Assembly (NCBI GenBank): GCA_024181965.1
Contig: BQXS01012760.1
Location: 1 to 44,466, forward strand
Reading direction: 5' to 3'
DNA length: 44,466 bases
From: Aduncisulcus paluster
Taxonomy: Eukaryota
Of this stretch, positions 18,694 through 28,353 are shown one piece after another. Position 1 is the first letter of the stretch, and the number at the start of each line of letters is the position of its first letter. The position numbers and the translations under genes are program-made. The notes beneath the pieces are model-generated. The model was not told the DNA's origin, searched no databases, and saw only the letters and a program-made list of their open reading frames with translations.

Positions 18694-19146
18694 ATGGGGA
18701 AAAAGGAAAATCATAAAACATATAAAAAGAGGAGAGATGAAAGACCTGGACGATTTGTCCTTGTGAGAAAAAAAAATGATGAAGGGAAAGGTCAATCAAT
18801 GCCACCATCGAAATCGATTGTTCCCTTAACAGAAGAACAAATTATAGAAGCTTTTCCAGGTTATTCTAAGCCAATTCGGTCAAAAAAAGGTGTTACAAGA
18901 AAGGGACAGCCAAGTCTTCCAAAAAAGGTTGATAAACAAGTTTCAGATGATGATTATTTACAAATTGCGCTCGCTGCTGCTAAGGTAGAAGAAGATAATC
19001 TCGAAGAAAAGCTCAAAGCAGAAGAAGATAAGACTGCTCGCCTTGAAGCCATCATTGCAAAGAGGGAAGAAAGAAGACAAAAGAAACAAAAAGCAAAAGA
19101 TATTGAACGTTCAAAGGCAGAGAGTTTAGTGGATGGTAAAAAATAG
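18694..19146 (+). CDS. Small basic Lys/Glu-rich coiled-coil protein, 150 aa; weak resemblance to the nucleolar 60S factor Loc1
   Basis: ATG preceded by AT-rich sequence, coding-like composition. The Loc1 resemblance is by eye only. Confidence 0.7.
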   Translation: MGKKENHKTYKKRRDERPGRFVLVRKKNDEGKGQSMPPSKSIVPLTEEQIIEAFPGYSKPIRSKKGVTRKGQPSLPKKVDKQVSDDDYLQIALAAAKVEEDNLEEKLKAEEDKTARLEAIIAKREERRQKKQKAKDIERSKAESLVDGKK

Positions 19147-19331
19147 AGATTTATCTGCCGATGACTATCTTACTTCTGATTTTTTTCTTGCTTCTGTCAT
19201 TCTCAATAACATATTAAATAAAAACTTAATTATATATTTTATGCACTTTACCACATGGGAAACTTATTCAAATTTATTTTTTCTGGACGCCGTTTACATT
19301 CCAGGATTTGTTTCTTCTCTGACAGCACAAT

Positions 19332-20128
19332 ATGAAATTTTGGAAAGTATTATTCCTAATATTTCTTGTACTTGCATCTGTATATGCCATAGAGGTCGAT
19401 GTAAAAACCAATGGTATGTTGTTCCCCATCTTTTTCTATCTTACGTCTCTACTTCGAATTCCTTGTATTTATTAAATATTTATTTCTGCTTTTTCGTCTA
19501 TTTTTTGTTTTTATTTGCAATATCCCATTAAAAATTTATTCATAATGACTTTCGATGTGTCGTTGATAAATTGATCGTAGAAACCTTTTGTTTTATGGAA
19601 GAATTATCCAAAGGTCAGCATCTTATTGGAAATTATGGTACAGTTGAAGATCCTGGAGCCATAATGATCATACTCGCTGTTTATGACCCCCACCATAAGA
19701 CAATTTATAGACAGGAAGATATTCAAAAAGACGGTAAGTTTGCTTTCACCGCATCAGTTTCTGGTGAATACAGGTTCTGTTATCGTGCCGTTTCTCGTGA
19801 GCGGACTAATATTAAGAAGACTCGTATCTTTTTGAAGACTTCATTTGGATCTCTAGAAAAAAAATTAAAGACCATTTCCGAAACTGATCCCCTCGCTGCC
19901 TTAGCACCAATTCAGCCGGTTATTGCCGATATGACAAGTGATGCCGAATCTATTCTTGCTGATTATACATATATGAAAGAAAGGGAAGTTGAATTGAGAA
20001 AAAAAGTGTCTTCAACCAATTCCAAGGTTATGTGGTTTAATTTATTCACTGTTGTGATGGTATTTGTTGTGACTATCCTCCAGTTCATCGCTTATATCAA
20101 GACTAAACAAGCCACTGCTATCCACTGA
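19332..20128 (+). CDS. p24/emp24/gp25L (TMED) cargo receptor; exons 19332-19413 and 19581-20128
   Basis: Exon 1 encodes the signal peptide MKFWKVLFLIFLVLASVYA. GOLD domain (CFMEEL...GKFAFTASVSGEYRFCY), coiled coil YMKEREVELR, TNSKVMWF and a C-terminal TM helix. Confidence 0.92.
19414..19580 (+). other. Spliceosomal intron, 167 nt, phase 1
   Basis: 5' GTATGT, T-rich body, 3' CGTAG. Splicing yields ...KTN-E-TFCFMEE and supplies the otherwise missing ATG and signal peptide. Confidence 0.9.
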
Positions 20129-20450
20129 GATCTACAATACGTTTGATCGATGTTTCATCCCAATTTTTTCAAATATTAATGTTGAACATTTATAGGATGT
20201 AATAGAATTATATGAATAAACTGCCCTATACTCTGTTTGGAAAACAGTTTCAATCAAAATGTGAATTCTTTGAAAATCATGAGATTTTTTAATTATTTTT
20301 GTAACAAAACCCCAATTACCTTGTATTTTCGTCATTTATTTAATCTTTTTCTTTATCAGTAAAGCAAAAAACCATTTTCTTGGTTTTCGCCCATATTCAA
20401 ATCTTAAAATCATTTTTTTTCAACATATTATGTATTAACGTTCTTTAATA

Positions 20451-23306
20451 ATGCGAAATTATATTGTTTATATCATATTGCTTTATTTTTTGCATCTAAT
20501 ATTCAACTTTTCAATTGTACATGCTGAAGCCTCGTGTCCTGCATTCAATGAATGCTCAGATGGAGGTGGATGTTTAGAGTATAAAGGAATTTCAACATGT
20601 ATTTGTAATTTTGACTTCACAGGCCCGAAATGTGATATGGTCATTGATGACGACTTATTATATGAATCATGTTATAATTGGGATGATTCATTTCCCACGT
20701 ATTTATTTATTTTAGCAGGGGGAACCGGAGGAAGTGCTTTGGAACTTATCTCTTCCGCTGTAAAACAAGTAGCTCTCCAAGCCTCTGAAGTTCTTTCCGG
20801 GGATGATATGATCAGTACGTTATGGTTTGGCTGCGATTCACCAGTTGCCACAACTGTTCCTTCCTCCTGGACGGATGATTCCTCATCCATCAGTAGTAGT
20901 TTGAATGCCTTTGGAACATCTCGCGGATCATGCGTTGAGTATGGTATTGAAGCTGCTCTCGATTTCTTTGACGCGACAACCTACGGTTCCTTCACGGAAG
21001 TCAACAAAGTTCTATTAATTATTTGGGCAGACAGTGACGACCCACCCATCAACGATCTAGCCTCCTGCAAGACAAGCTCGAGTAATCAGGGGATAAGGAT
21101 AAACACCATGACCATTGGAAACAGTAGTGTATGTTCGACTCTGTCCGCTCTTTCTGGCAATACCAATGGAAAGTCTTATTGTGGTGTCAGCGATGATGAT
21201 GAGTCCCTGTCCCTCGCTGTTGAAGATATACTTTTATATTCCAAGTCATGCGTGGACACGTGTGGCGAGATGATGTATATCGTGAGTACAACAGAGTCTT
21301 GTGAGCCATGTCCGGATGGATATCCATATTATTGTCCTGGAGATGGCAGTGTGTATAGCTGTCCATCTGACAACTATTACCTTGATGACACACACGAATG
21401 CATCGACTGTCCACTCACTGCGTCGTGTGAGGACGGTGTACCGACCTGTCAGGATGGTTACGAAATCGATGAAGTCAACCATGTGTGTGTGCGGGGTGAA
21501 TTAGAGCTGTACATTGCCGTAGGTTGTGCCATCACAGCCGTTATCATCGTCATTGCATGCATAACCGTGTGTCTATGCCTCCAGTGTAACCGTAAGCGAC
21601 GGCTTGAACGTCGGAGAAGACAGTTGGAACTCTTGTGGAAGAAAAGGTTCATGCTTGTCAAGCAGTGTGTCTTTATTGGGGCAGGTGGTGAAGGATGGGT
21701 TGGTGAACATGAAAGAGAGAAGGAAGCGAGGAGAAAGATACGAGAGAAGGCTGTAAGAAGAGAGCTAATACTGGCCCAAGCTCGTCGTGCGGCTGAGAAA
21801 GATGACGAAGATGCAGATACCAATAGCTCCGATAATAGCGACTCCGATTCTGATTCCGATAAAGCTAAATATAAACCCGTAAAGAAGTCGTCCTCCACCC
21901 CTCTTCCTCAAAAAGATATTGATCAATCAGTTGGAGATATTCCAAGCGAAGATATCGCCGACATTGCCGGAACTCTTGAGAATGCCGGAATTGATGAAGA
22001 TAGTGATGATTGGTGGGATGCTCCCGAGGAAGATTGGAAGAAAATGGAGACGGAAAGGAAAACAAAGACCATGGACATTGTCAAGAACAAACATCACGAA
22101 CAAATCGATTCTATTTTAGGAATTGAGAAACAAGAGCAACCGCAGCCTCCCACACGCGATATATCCTCGCGTAGTTGGATGATTCGCCGTGACCCACTCT
22201 CCAGCATTGACCCAAGAGAGCAAAAGAAACCCGATGGCACCGCTGACTCTGACTCTTCTAAAACGTCTCCTGATGATCTCTCTTCCATAGTTCCCTTACT
22301 CCTCACGAGTGATGATGATTTCACCCGTCTAGATACAAACAACCTGAATCCTTCTGTTTTTCTCGAAGNNNNNNNNNNNNNNNNNNNNCTAGATACCCAT
22401 ATGCGTCTGCTCATGGGTCGTCTTGGGAAGCGTATAATGGAGATCGAAAAAGGTCTCCTGGATGAAGAACAGAAGACGGGGGATTTGGGATCAGGCAGTC
22501 CTTCTACTGGGGAAGGTAGTGGAGGAGAGCAAGGACCTGAGTCTTCACGGGAAAATCGCAAGAAGAGGAAAGAGCAGAAAGAGGATGAAAAGAAGAGAAA
22601 AATGAAAGAAAAAGAGAAGAAAGAGAGAGAAAAGGAGAAGTTGAGGCGGAGATTATTGAGAGAAGAGTGGTGGGAATCTTCTTCTGAGGATTCTCTGGAC
22701 TCTGAAGATTCTTCACAAGAGAAGGGAAAGAAAGAAGGATCAAAATCGTCGAGACGGCATCGATCATCACGCAGCAGAAGAGGAAGGAAGAAGCACCATA
22801 ATGGAGACCACGAAGACTCTGAGTACGATGAGTATTATGATGATGATGTCAGAATACATCCAGACGGAAAGAAACGCAGACGAAGACGAGTGAAGAAGAA
22901 TATCGGTGGCGATGGGGTCTCCTCCTCAGCAGCAAGACAAAGAACAGGGACTGTGTCTTCATCTAGGGATAGGAGTACGAGTGGAGCATGGGATGACAGT
23001 GGAGCCAGAGTATCAACAGTGGACGTGGTTGGAATCCTTGGCTCAGACTCTCGGAGTAAGGAAAGACGGCGAAAGAGTGTTGCTGAGCATCGTGGGAGAT
23101 CAGGCAAGCCATTCCACCATCATCCAAAACAACTCGAACCCATTGATGGAATTGAGATGGAACCTGTGTCAATGAGTCGAGGACGGTCTTCGGGGAGATA
23201 CGGCTCAGTACAACCTCAGTCGGCACTAATTTCGCCCAAAGATGTGAGTATGTCTGCTTTTGGCGGTCCTCTTACCATTGACGAGTTAGCACAACAACAC
23301 AAGTGA
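20451..23306 (+). CDS. Type I membrane receptor/adhesin: signal peptide, EGF-like domain, vWA-like domain, Cys-rich repeats, TM helix and long charged disordered cytoplasmic tail (~931 aa after removing a 60-nt artefact)
   Basis: Hydrophobic N-terminus ending VHA; CSDGGGC...CICNFDFTGPKC (EGF); vWA pattern LFIL...ISTLWFG...GIEAALDFF...NKVLLII...GIRINTMTIG...LSALSGNTNGKSY; CxxC repeats; TM LYIAVGCAITAVIIVIACITVCLCL followed by RKRR. Confidence 0.85.
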   Translation: MRNYIVYIILLYFLHLIFNFSIVHAEASCPAFNECSDGGGCLEYKGISTCICNFDFTGPKCDMVIDDDLLYESCYNWDDSFPTYLFILAGGTGGSALELISSAVKQVALQASEVLSGDDMISTLWFGCDSPVATTVPSSWTDDSSSISSSLNAFGTSRGSCVEYGIEAALDFFDATTYGSFTEVNKVLLIIWADSDDPPINDLASCKTSSSNQGIRINTMTIGNSSVCSTLSALSGNTNGKSYCGVSDDDESLSLAVEDILLYSKSCVDTCGEMMYIVSTTESCEPCPDGYPYYCPGDGSVYSCPSDNYYLDDTHECIDCPLTASCEDGVPTCQDGYEIDEVNHVCVRGELELYIAVGCAITAVIIVIACITVCLCLQCNRKRRLERRRRQLELLWKKRFMLVKQCVFIGAGGEGWVGEHEREKEARRKIREKAVRRELILAQARRAAEKDDEDADTNSSDNSDSDSDSDKAKYKPVKKSSSTPLPQKDIDQSVGDIPSEDIADIAGTLENAGIDEDSDDWWDAPEEDWKKMETERKTKTMDIVKNKHHEQIDSILGIEKQEQPQPPTRDISSRSWMIRRDPLSSIDPREQKKPDGTADSDSSKTSPDDLSSIVPLLLTSDDDFTRLDTNNLNPSVFLEXXXXXXXLDTHMRLLMGRLGKRIMEIEKGLLDEEQKTGDLGSGSPSTGEGSGGEQGPESSRENRKKRKEQKEDEKKRKMKEKEKKEREKEKLRRRLLREEWWESSSEDSLDSEDSSQEKGKKEGSKSSRRHRSSRSRRGRKKHHNGDHEDSEYDEYYDDDVRIHPDGKKRRRRRVKKNIGGDGVSSSAARQRTGTVSSSRDRSTSGAWDDSGARVSTVDVVGILGSDSRSKERRRKSVAEHRGRSGKPFHHHPKQLEPIDGIEMEPVSMSRGRSSGRYGSVQPQSALISPKDVSMSAFGGPLTIDELAQQHK
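22337..22396. other. Assembly artefact: 32 nt copied from 18083-18114, a 20-N gap (22369-22388) and a repeated CTAGATAC
   Basis: AAACAACCTGAATCCTTCTGTTTTTCTCGAAG is identical to the YEATS gene sequence. Removing 22337-22396 restores the frame FTRLDTHMR. Confidence 0.9.
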
Positions 23307-24456
23307 GAGAGATGAGAGTATTGTTTAAAGAGGAATAGTTCATAGTACGGTATATAGTCCGTTTACATTTGGGTATTCTTCAGATTAGCAATTCAATAGG
23401 TGATGGAAATTTGACTCCCAAGCCAGAAATTCTGCCTAAAATAAATCTGGATTATCGATAATATTAATTCATGATTATAAGTAATTTATTGCCATCGATA
23501 AAAGGCTTTTAAACCTCGGCTTTTCTTTTCTTTTTTAAATCCGGATTTAGGATCACTTGATAAACTTTATCCGGATTTTGGCTTTTCTTGTCATTAATAA
23601 CAAAGAAAAGAAATATATATAAATGATATACGAATTTCGTCATTTGAAGATTACCACAGTGTTCAAAAACCTTTGAAAAAGGATTCATAGCAACATCTCT
23701 GAATTCGGCGATTAGATCAAATTGCCAGCTAAATTTCCGTTATAATAGTTCTAAATGCTTCCATTTATTAAAGATTTGACTGATGAATTGCCCCCCTTCA
23801 AGGGCATTATTAAGATAATAATGTCAAAACTCGTGGATTGTGATTCTAATCATGGCTTCACTTCTTGAACCATTTTGCAGCATATAGTTACTTTTCAACG
23901 CATCCACTCAACATAAAGGTTTATATTATGTTTTAGAGATCTTGAATTGTTTATTTTTTCAGAACGAAGAAATTAATGCTTAAAGCACATTTAAGAAGTT
24001 CCTCAATGCCGCATTGCATCGGTATAAAAGTTAGAATAGAAAGGATAAAGACGCTAGACATTAAGTAGAAAAGGTAGCAGCAAATCAATCATTTAAGGCG
24101 AATTCAATAACGTGACAAAATATTCACGCCGCATACACCCGAAAAAGAATAAAGTGAAAATATGAGAAAAAAACCATTGAAATGGAGTTCAATCTGATTG
24201 AATGTAAGATGACAACTTATCATCACTGATAACCAAGAAAGAAAAAGAAGAGGAGGAATAAAAGGTGAATTGTAGAGGGGCCTGTGTTGACGAAAGTTCC
24301 AAATACAAAACAAAGAAACAAAATTGAGGAAAAATAATAAGAAAGCAACGATAAATAACAAATAAGGTGACATAAATAATATAGTTATCAGATTATATAC
24401 CTAATAATAACCAATCTGTAACGATACATTAGTTAAACCATTGTGGCCGATTGACA

Positions 24457-26181
24457 TTACATGTGTTTCATAATGTATTTGGTCTGTTCGTCAATGTATG
24501 AAGGCTTTTCTACTTCAGTTGTAGCCATGTCCACTTCCACGCCATCGACAGTGACCTTATTGAACTCCCACTCAACATCGCTAAATATAGCAACACGAGC
24601 AGTGGCAAGTTCATCAGCGTTACTTGTGATCACCAATCCACCACCGTTCGAGGCAGTCCCAGCCGGAGGACACAGACCAATACCAACATTGCTCGTAAGA
24701 CACAGGTAACTAACAGAATAATAGGCGATGGTGGGGGTTGGATAGCCGACGAGGGAAGAAGGACGGTCAACCAAAATATACACCTGAGCATCTTCCTCAG
24801 GAGCCGGGATATTGATTCTCACAATAACCTTCTTGCCAGGGATAAGGGGAATCTCAATAATCTTGCTGTGTTTGTACTCACTGGGGGAGTAAACAATGGC
24901 GTAGGTACTGTAAATAGAGTAGAAATCAGACTGTTGCATGAAGAAGATACCATCATTCTTCTCCTCAAAGTCCATATACTCACTGAGAGCAGTGTTAGTG
25001 TCCCATACGGTATCGCTATCGTTGTAGTCACCAGTAAACTCAGTGGATCCCCATGGATTCCTCAATTTATACAGGGTGACACCACCAGTGACAATGTCGC
25101 TTGGAACATCAGTAACGGAGAGCAGAGAGTAAGCGTGGGAGGTTGGAAGACCCTGAACATATGAATCTCCACTGGGAATGCTTGCGGTGGCAATTCCTTT
25201 GTGTTTGATTCCTTCTGTGATGATCCACTTGTGGTCAACATCCTTTGAGAGTGAGTTATACACAGGGAATCCTGGGTGCATGAGAGTGAATCCATTGGTG
25301 AGTGAGTCAGAGTCAATATTGGCATAGCTTCCAGCAAGTTTGGCCATCAACTTCTCAACAAATGACACCCACATCTCACCATCATCAGTAGACTTGGCAG
25401 CAGTTGGGTTGGAAGTGTTACCAGCATAGTAAGAAAGAGTATCATCAGATACTAGCTCAACAAGTTCATCACCAAAGAAGAAACTACCAACGATACTTCC
25501 GTTATCCTTGCTCCAGCGCGGAGGAATAGAACTGATAATGTTAGCATAGGCAAGGGAAGAAAGGGCGGAAAGGTACCAACAATCACCAACACTACCTTGA
25601 GCAATATCTGTCCCAGCAAACGATCCCACAACAAGAGAAGTCCCATCATCAGGCCGCTTAACAACAGAATTGGCGGTCTCGCTGATAACGAAGCCATCAT
25701 CGGTGAATTGTGACCCAACATTCTCTTCATCAGTCGAATTTGCTATAACAGGATTTGCTGATGAGACTTTATCTTCTTTAAATCCACCATCTTCAGCAAC
25801 TACCATAACATCACTACTTGAACTCAGACGGCTCATGTAATAGTTCTTTGAAGAAACTCTAGCTTCATCAGTAACCTGAGGAAGAGAGTTGAAGGTTAAT
25901 TCAGCACCTTCAATGGGAACCATTCCAAATACACTCCATACAGAACCAGATTCAGAATACTCAGGTACTCGGTACTTTAGATACCGAATAAGGAAAAAAA
26001 GACCTCCAGCAATAAGCAAAACAACCACAATAAGCGTGGGAATGAGCCAACAGAGAATGCTCTTTTTTGTAGGAATGGTAGGCAATTCGTCCTCCTCTTC
26101 TTTTTGGGAGCCTTCGTGAGGGGTTGTATCAAGCTGATTCGCATCATCATACCGAGGGGGTTGCATATAAACGTTACTCAT
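24457..26181 (-). CDS. Membrane-anchored calpain-family (peptidase C2, CysPc) cysteine protease, 574 aa
   Basis: Intact triad: DIAQGSVGDCWYLSAL (Cys), HAYSLL (His), LRNPWG (Asn). Also EMWVSFVEKLMAKLAGSY and DGIFFM. Single TM helix at about residues 41-64; no EF hands seen. Confidence 0.93.
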   Translation of the reverse strand: MSNVYMQPPRYDDANQLDTTPHEGSQKEEEDELPTIPTKKSILCWLIPTLIVVVLLIAGGLFFLIRYLKYRVPEYSESGSVWSVFGMVPIEGAELTFNSLPQVTDEARVSSKNYYMSRLSSSSDVMVVAEDGGFKEDKVSSANPVIANSTDEENVGSQFTDDGFVISETANSVVKRPDDGTSLVVGSFAGTDIAQGSVGDCWYLSALSSLAYANIISSIPPRWSKDNGSIVGSFFFGDELVELVSDDTLSYYAGNTSNPTAAKSTDDGEMWVSFVEKLMAKLAGSYANIDSDSLTNGFTLMHPGFPVYNSLSKDVDHKWIITEGIKHKGIATASIPSGDSYVQGLPTSHAYSLLSVTDVPSDIVTGGVTLYKLRNPWGSTEFTGDYNDSDTVWDTNTALSEYMDFEEKNDGIFFMQQSDFYSIYSTYAIVYSPSEYKHSKIIEIPLIPGKKVIVRINIPAPEEDAQVYILVDRPSSLVGYPTPTIAYYSVSYLCLTSNVGIGLCPPAGTASNGGGLVITSNADELATARVAIFSDVEWEFNKVTVDGVEVDMATTEVEKPSYIDEQTKYIMKHM

Positions 26182-26490
26182 TTTTAATTATCAACAATAT
26201 ATCTTTGTAGAAAATCGGTAAAACTACCAAAAAATCACATTTCGTTTATTTATTATGTAATTGGACGTTCANNNNNNNNNNNNNNNNNNNNGAATGGTAG
26301 GCAATTCGTCCTCCTCTTCTTTTTGGGAGCCTTCGTGAGGGGTTGTATCAAGCTGATTCGCATCATCATACCGAGGGGGTTGCATATAAACGTTACTCAT
26401 TTTTAATTATCAACAATATATCTTTGTAGAAAATCGGTAAAACTACCAAAAAATCACATTTCGTTTATTTATTATGTAATTGGACGTTCA
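26073..26490. repeat. 199-nt direct duplication (26073-26271 and 26292-26490) flanking the 20-N gap at 26272-26291; duplicates the calpain start region
   Basis: Identical sequence on both sides of the gap. Confidence 0.92.
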
Positions 26491-26898
26491 AGAATGTTAT
26501 AGCATAAACAAAGAAGTATTAACATTATTTATATCGGTTATATATTTATTGGGTTCTGGATTACGCAAGGAATAGTCAATTGATGTTATCTCGATAATAA
26601 GAGTTAATAGCTGAGCTAAACCTTCAATATTCCAGGTTAAATAAGAATTATATCAAAATATCATTCATATTATAATCTTGGGGTCACCCCTAAAGGCAGA
26701 AACGGATTTAAATACAAGTAGCATGATAAACTCTTTAAAGGAGCAAGATTCACAGGCGAAAACGATAATAAAGATATGAAGAAAGTTAATACAAGGAAAA
26801 TACAGAAGAAAGATAGACAGAACATAGTGTGAGATGAGTTGTAAAAAAAATAACAAATAATTTAATGCAGGAGATAATGGGAGGTAGAATATGAATCC

Positions 26899-28353
26899 TC
26901 ACTTTTCATTATGTATTTCTTCAAGTTTTTCCATTCCCTCTTTCCATCCATATTGATTGTACCCCTCAAACGAGTGTGTCTGATCATCAAACAATACCTC
27001 CACACCAGCCCCAGTCTGTTCAATAAAGTCATACATGGATTGTCTCATGGATCTCTCTTCTGTGAATGTCATCTTGACAAGGAGATGTTGTGGAGGAGTG
27101 TATTGGATAAGGGAAGAGTGATTGATTCTTGGAATAGGCTCACTCACGTCTGATGCAACACACAGCTGAATTCCATGTTTCTCTCCACTTAAAACATCAT
27201 AATATGCCTGGTTTACACCCTGTTCTATTCTAATCCATGAAGATATGTGCGTTAAATACCAATAATCACCGTAATGTGTGCAAAGTGAAGGGATCATCGC
27301 AATAGCAGGAATGGTGTACACAACAAGATGCAAACCAGTAGAAATGCCCACATATGGCATCACATTATCGAAGTAATGTGCCGATTTATCAACAGCATTT
27401 TCCCACCCCATAAAAGAATCATATTTAGGAGAAAGATGAGGAACAATGGATTTAATATCAGAGAGTAAGGATATATACGCTACACTACACTCTTTTATCC
27501 AAGTTTTTTCTTTCTTATTCTTCTCGATCTCTTCAAGCCATTCGTCGAGGAGATCTTTAATATTATCGTAGAGATCAATTATATGCGAACAATCGAAACT
27601 GATGAACCGGAAAAAATACCATAAGTAACCATATCGAGCTCCAATAAGCCGATTTGCAGGCACCGATCTCAAAATATACAGCACAAGGGGAACAAACTTA
27701 TCATATATAATCTGTTTATCTTTCGAATAGAATGCAAACCATCCAAACAATCTTAACCAAATACCAAGATAGACACAATCTTCATCAAGCTTAAGCCAAC
27801 CCAGAACATAGGGTTCTATCAAATCAAAAAGAGGACTACAAACACTTGGGCTTTCAGTATTGGAGATGAATTCGTAGAGTGTCTTTAACAGGATATCAGA
27901 CAAATCTTTTGGTAATTTTCGTTTGGTTCCTTTCTCGAGAATTCGCTTGAAGACTGGGGTGATTCGTTCGAGGAAAGGAGCATTCTTATCGGGGGAATAC
28001 TCAAACTCATACGATTGAGCGTATTTACAACAGATATAACAATAGTCCTCATCAACGGATTCTCCCAAAACCTCCTCAATTATGGCCCAATGATCAAAGA
28101 AGGAATCAATCAACTTGCTAAGGATATCTGAATCGATTTTTGCAGCACAAAACAATTTCAAACATTGACAACAGCGAATGAGTGGGTCTTTGTTAATTTC
28201 AATATCGTGAAGAGAAGAATACTTTGTGAAGAAAGAATGAAGGGATTTCCAATACTTATTATAGATTGCAGCAGAGCCAGAATAAATTATACTTCGAGGA
28301 ATTTGATCAAATAATTCATCCCACATAATCAATTTTTCGTCTGTATGATGCAT
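26899..28353 (-). CDS. Lineage-specific helical-module protein (no kinase) with an unrelated ~145-aa C-terminal domain
   Basis: CCQCLKLF, LIDSFFDHW..IEEVL..SVDEDYCYIC, ITPVFKRILEKG, DLYDNIKDLLDEWLE and LSPKYDSFMGW align by eye with the C-terminal half of the 4064 kinase. First in-frame ATG at 28353. Confidence 0.85.
   Translation of the reverse strand: MHHTDEKLIMWDELFDQIPRSIIYSGSAAIYNKYWKSLHSFFTKYSSLHDIEINKDPLIRCCQCLKLFCAAKIDSDILSKLIDSFFDHWAIIEEVLGESVDEDYCYICCKYAQSYEFEYSPDKNAPFLERITPVFKRILEKGTKRKLPKDLSDILLKTLYEFISNTESPSVCSPLFDLIEPYVLGWLKLDEDCVYLGIWLRLFGWFAFYSKDKQIIYDKFVPLVLYILRSVPANRLIGARYGYLWYFFRFISFDCSHIIDLYDNIKDLLDEWLEEIEKNKKEKTWIKECSVAYISLLSDIKSIVPHLSPKYDSFMGWENAVDKSAHYFDNVMPYVGISTGLHLVVYTIPAIAMIPSLCTHYGDYWYLTHISSWIRIEQGVNQAYYDVLSGEKHGIQLCVASDVSEPIPRINHSSLIQYTPPQHLLVKMTFTEERSMRQSMYDFIEQTGAGVEVLFDDQTHSFEGYNQYGWKEGMEKLEEIHNEK

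Noticed and set aside
23775-23829. Hammerhead-ribozyme-like CTGATGA followed by a TGCCC/GGGCA stem
   Set aside because: No GAAA after stem II, and no stem I pairing consistent with a GUC cleavage site.
24104-24373. 89-aa hydrophobic ORF downstream of the calpain
   Set aside because: The Phe/Leu/Ile richness is explained by a T-rich 3' flank; no homology signal. It cannot be fully excluded.
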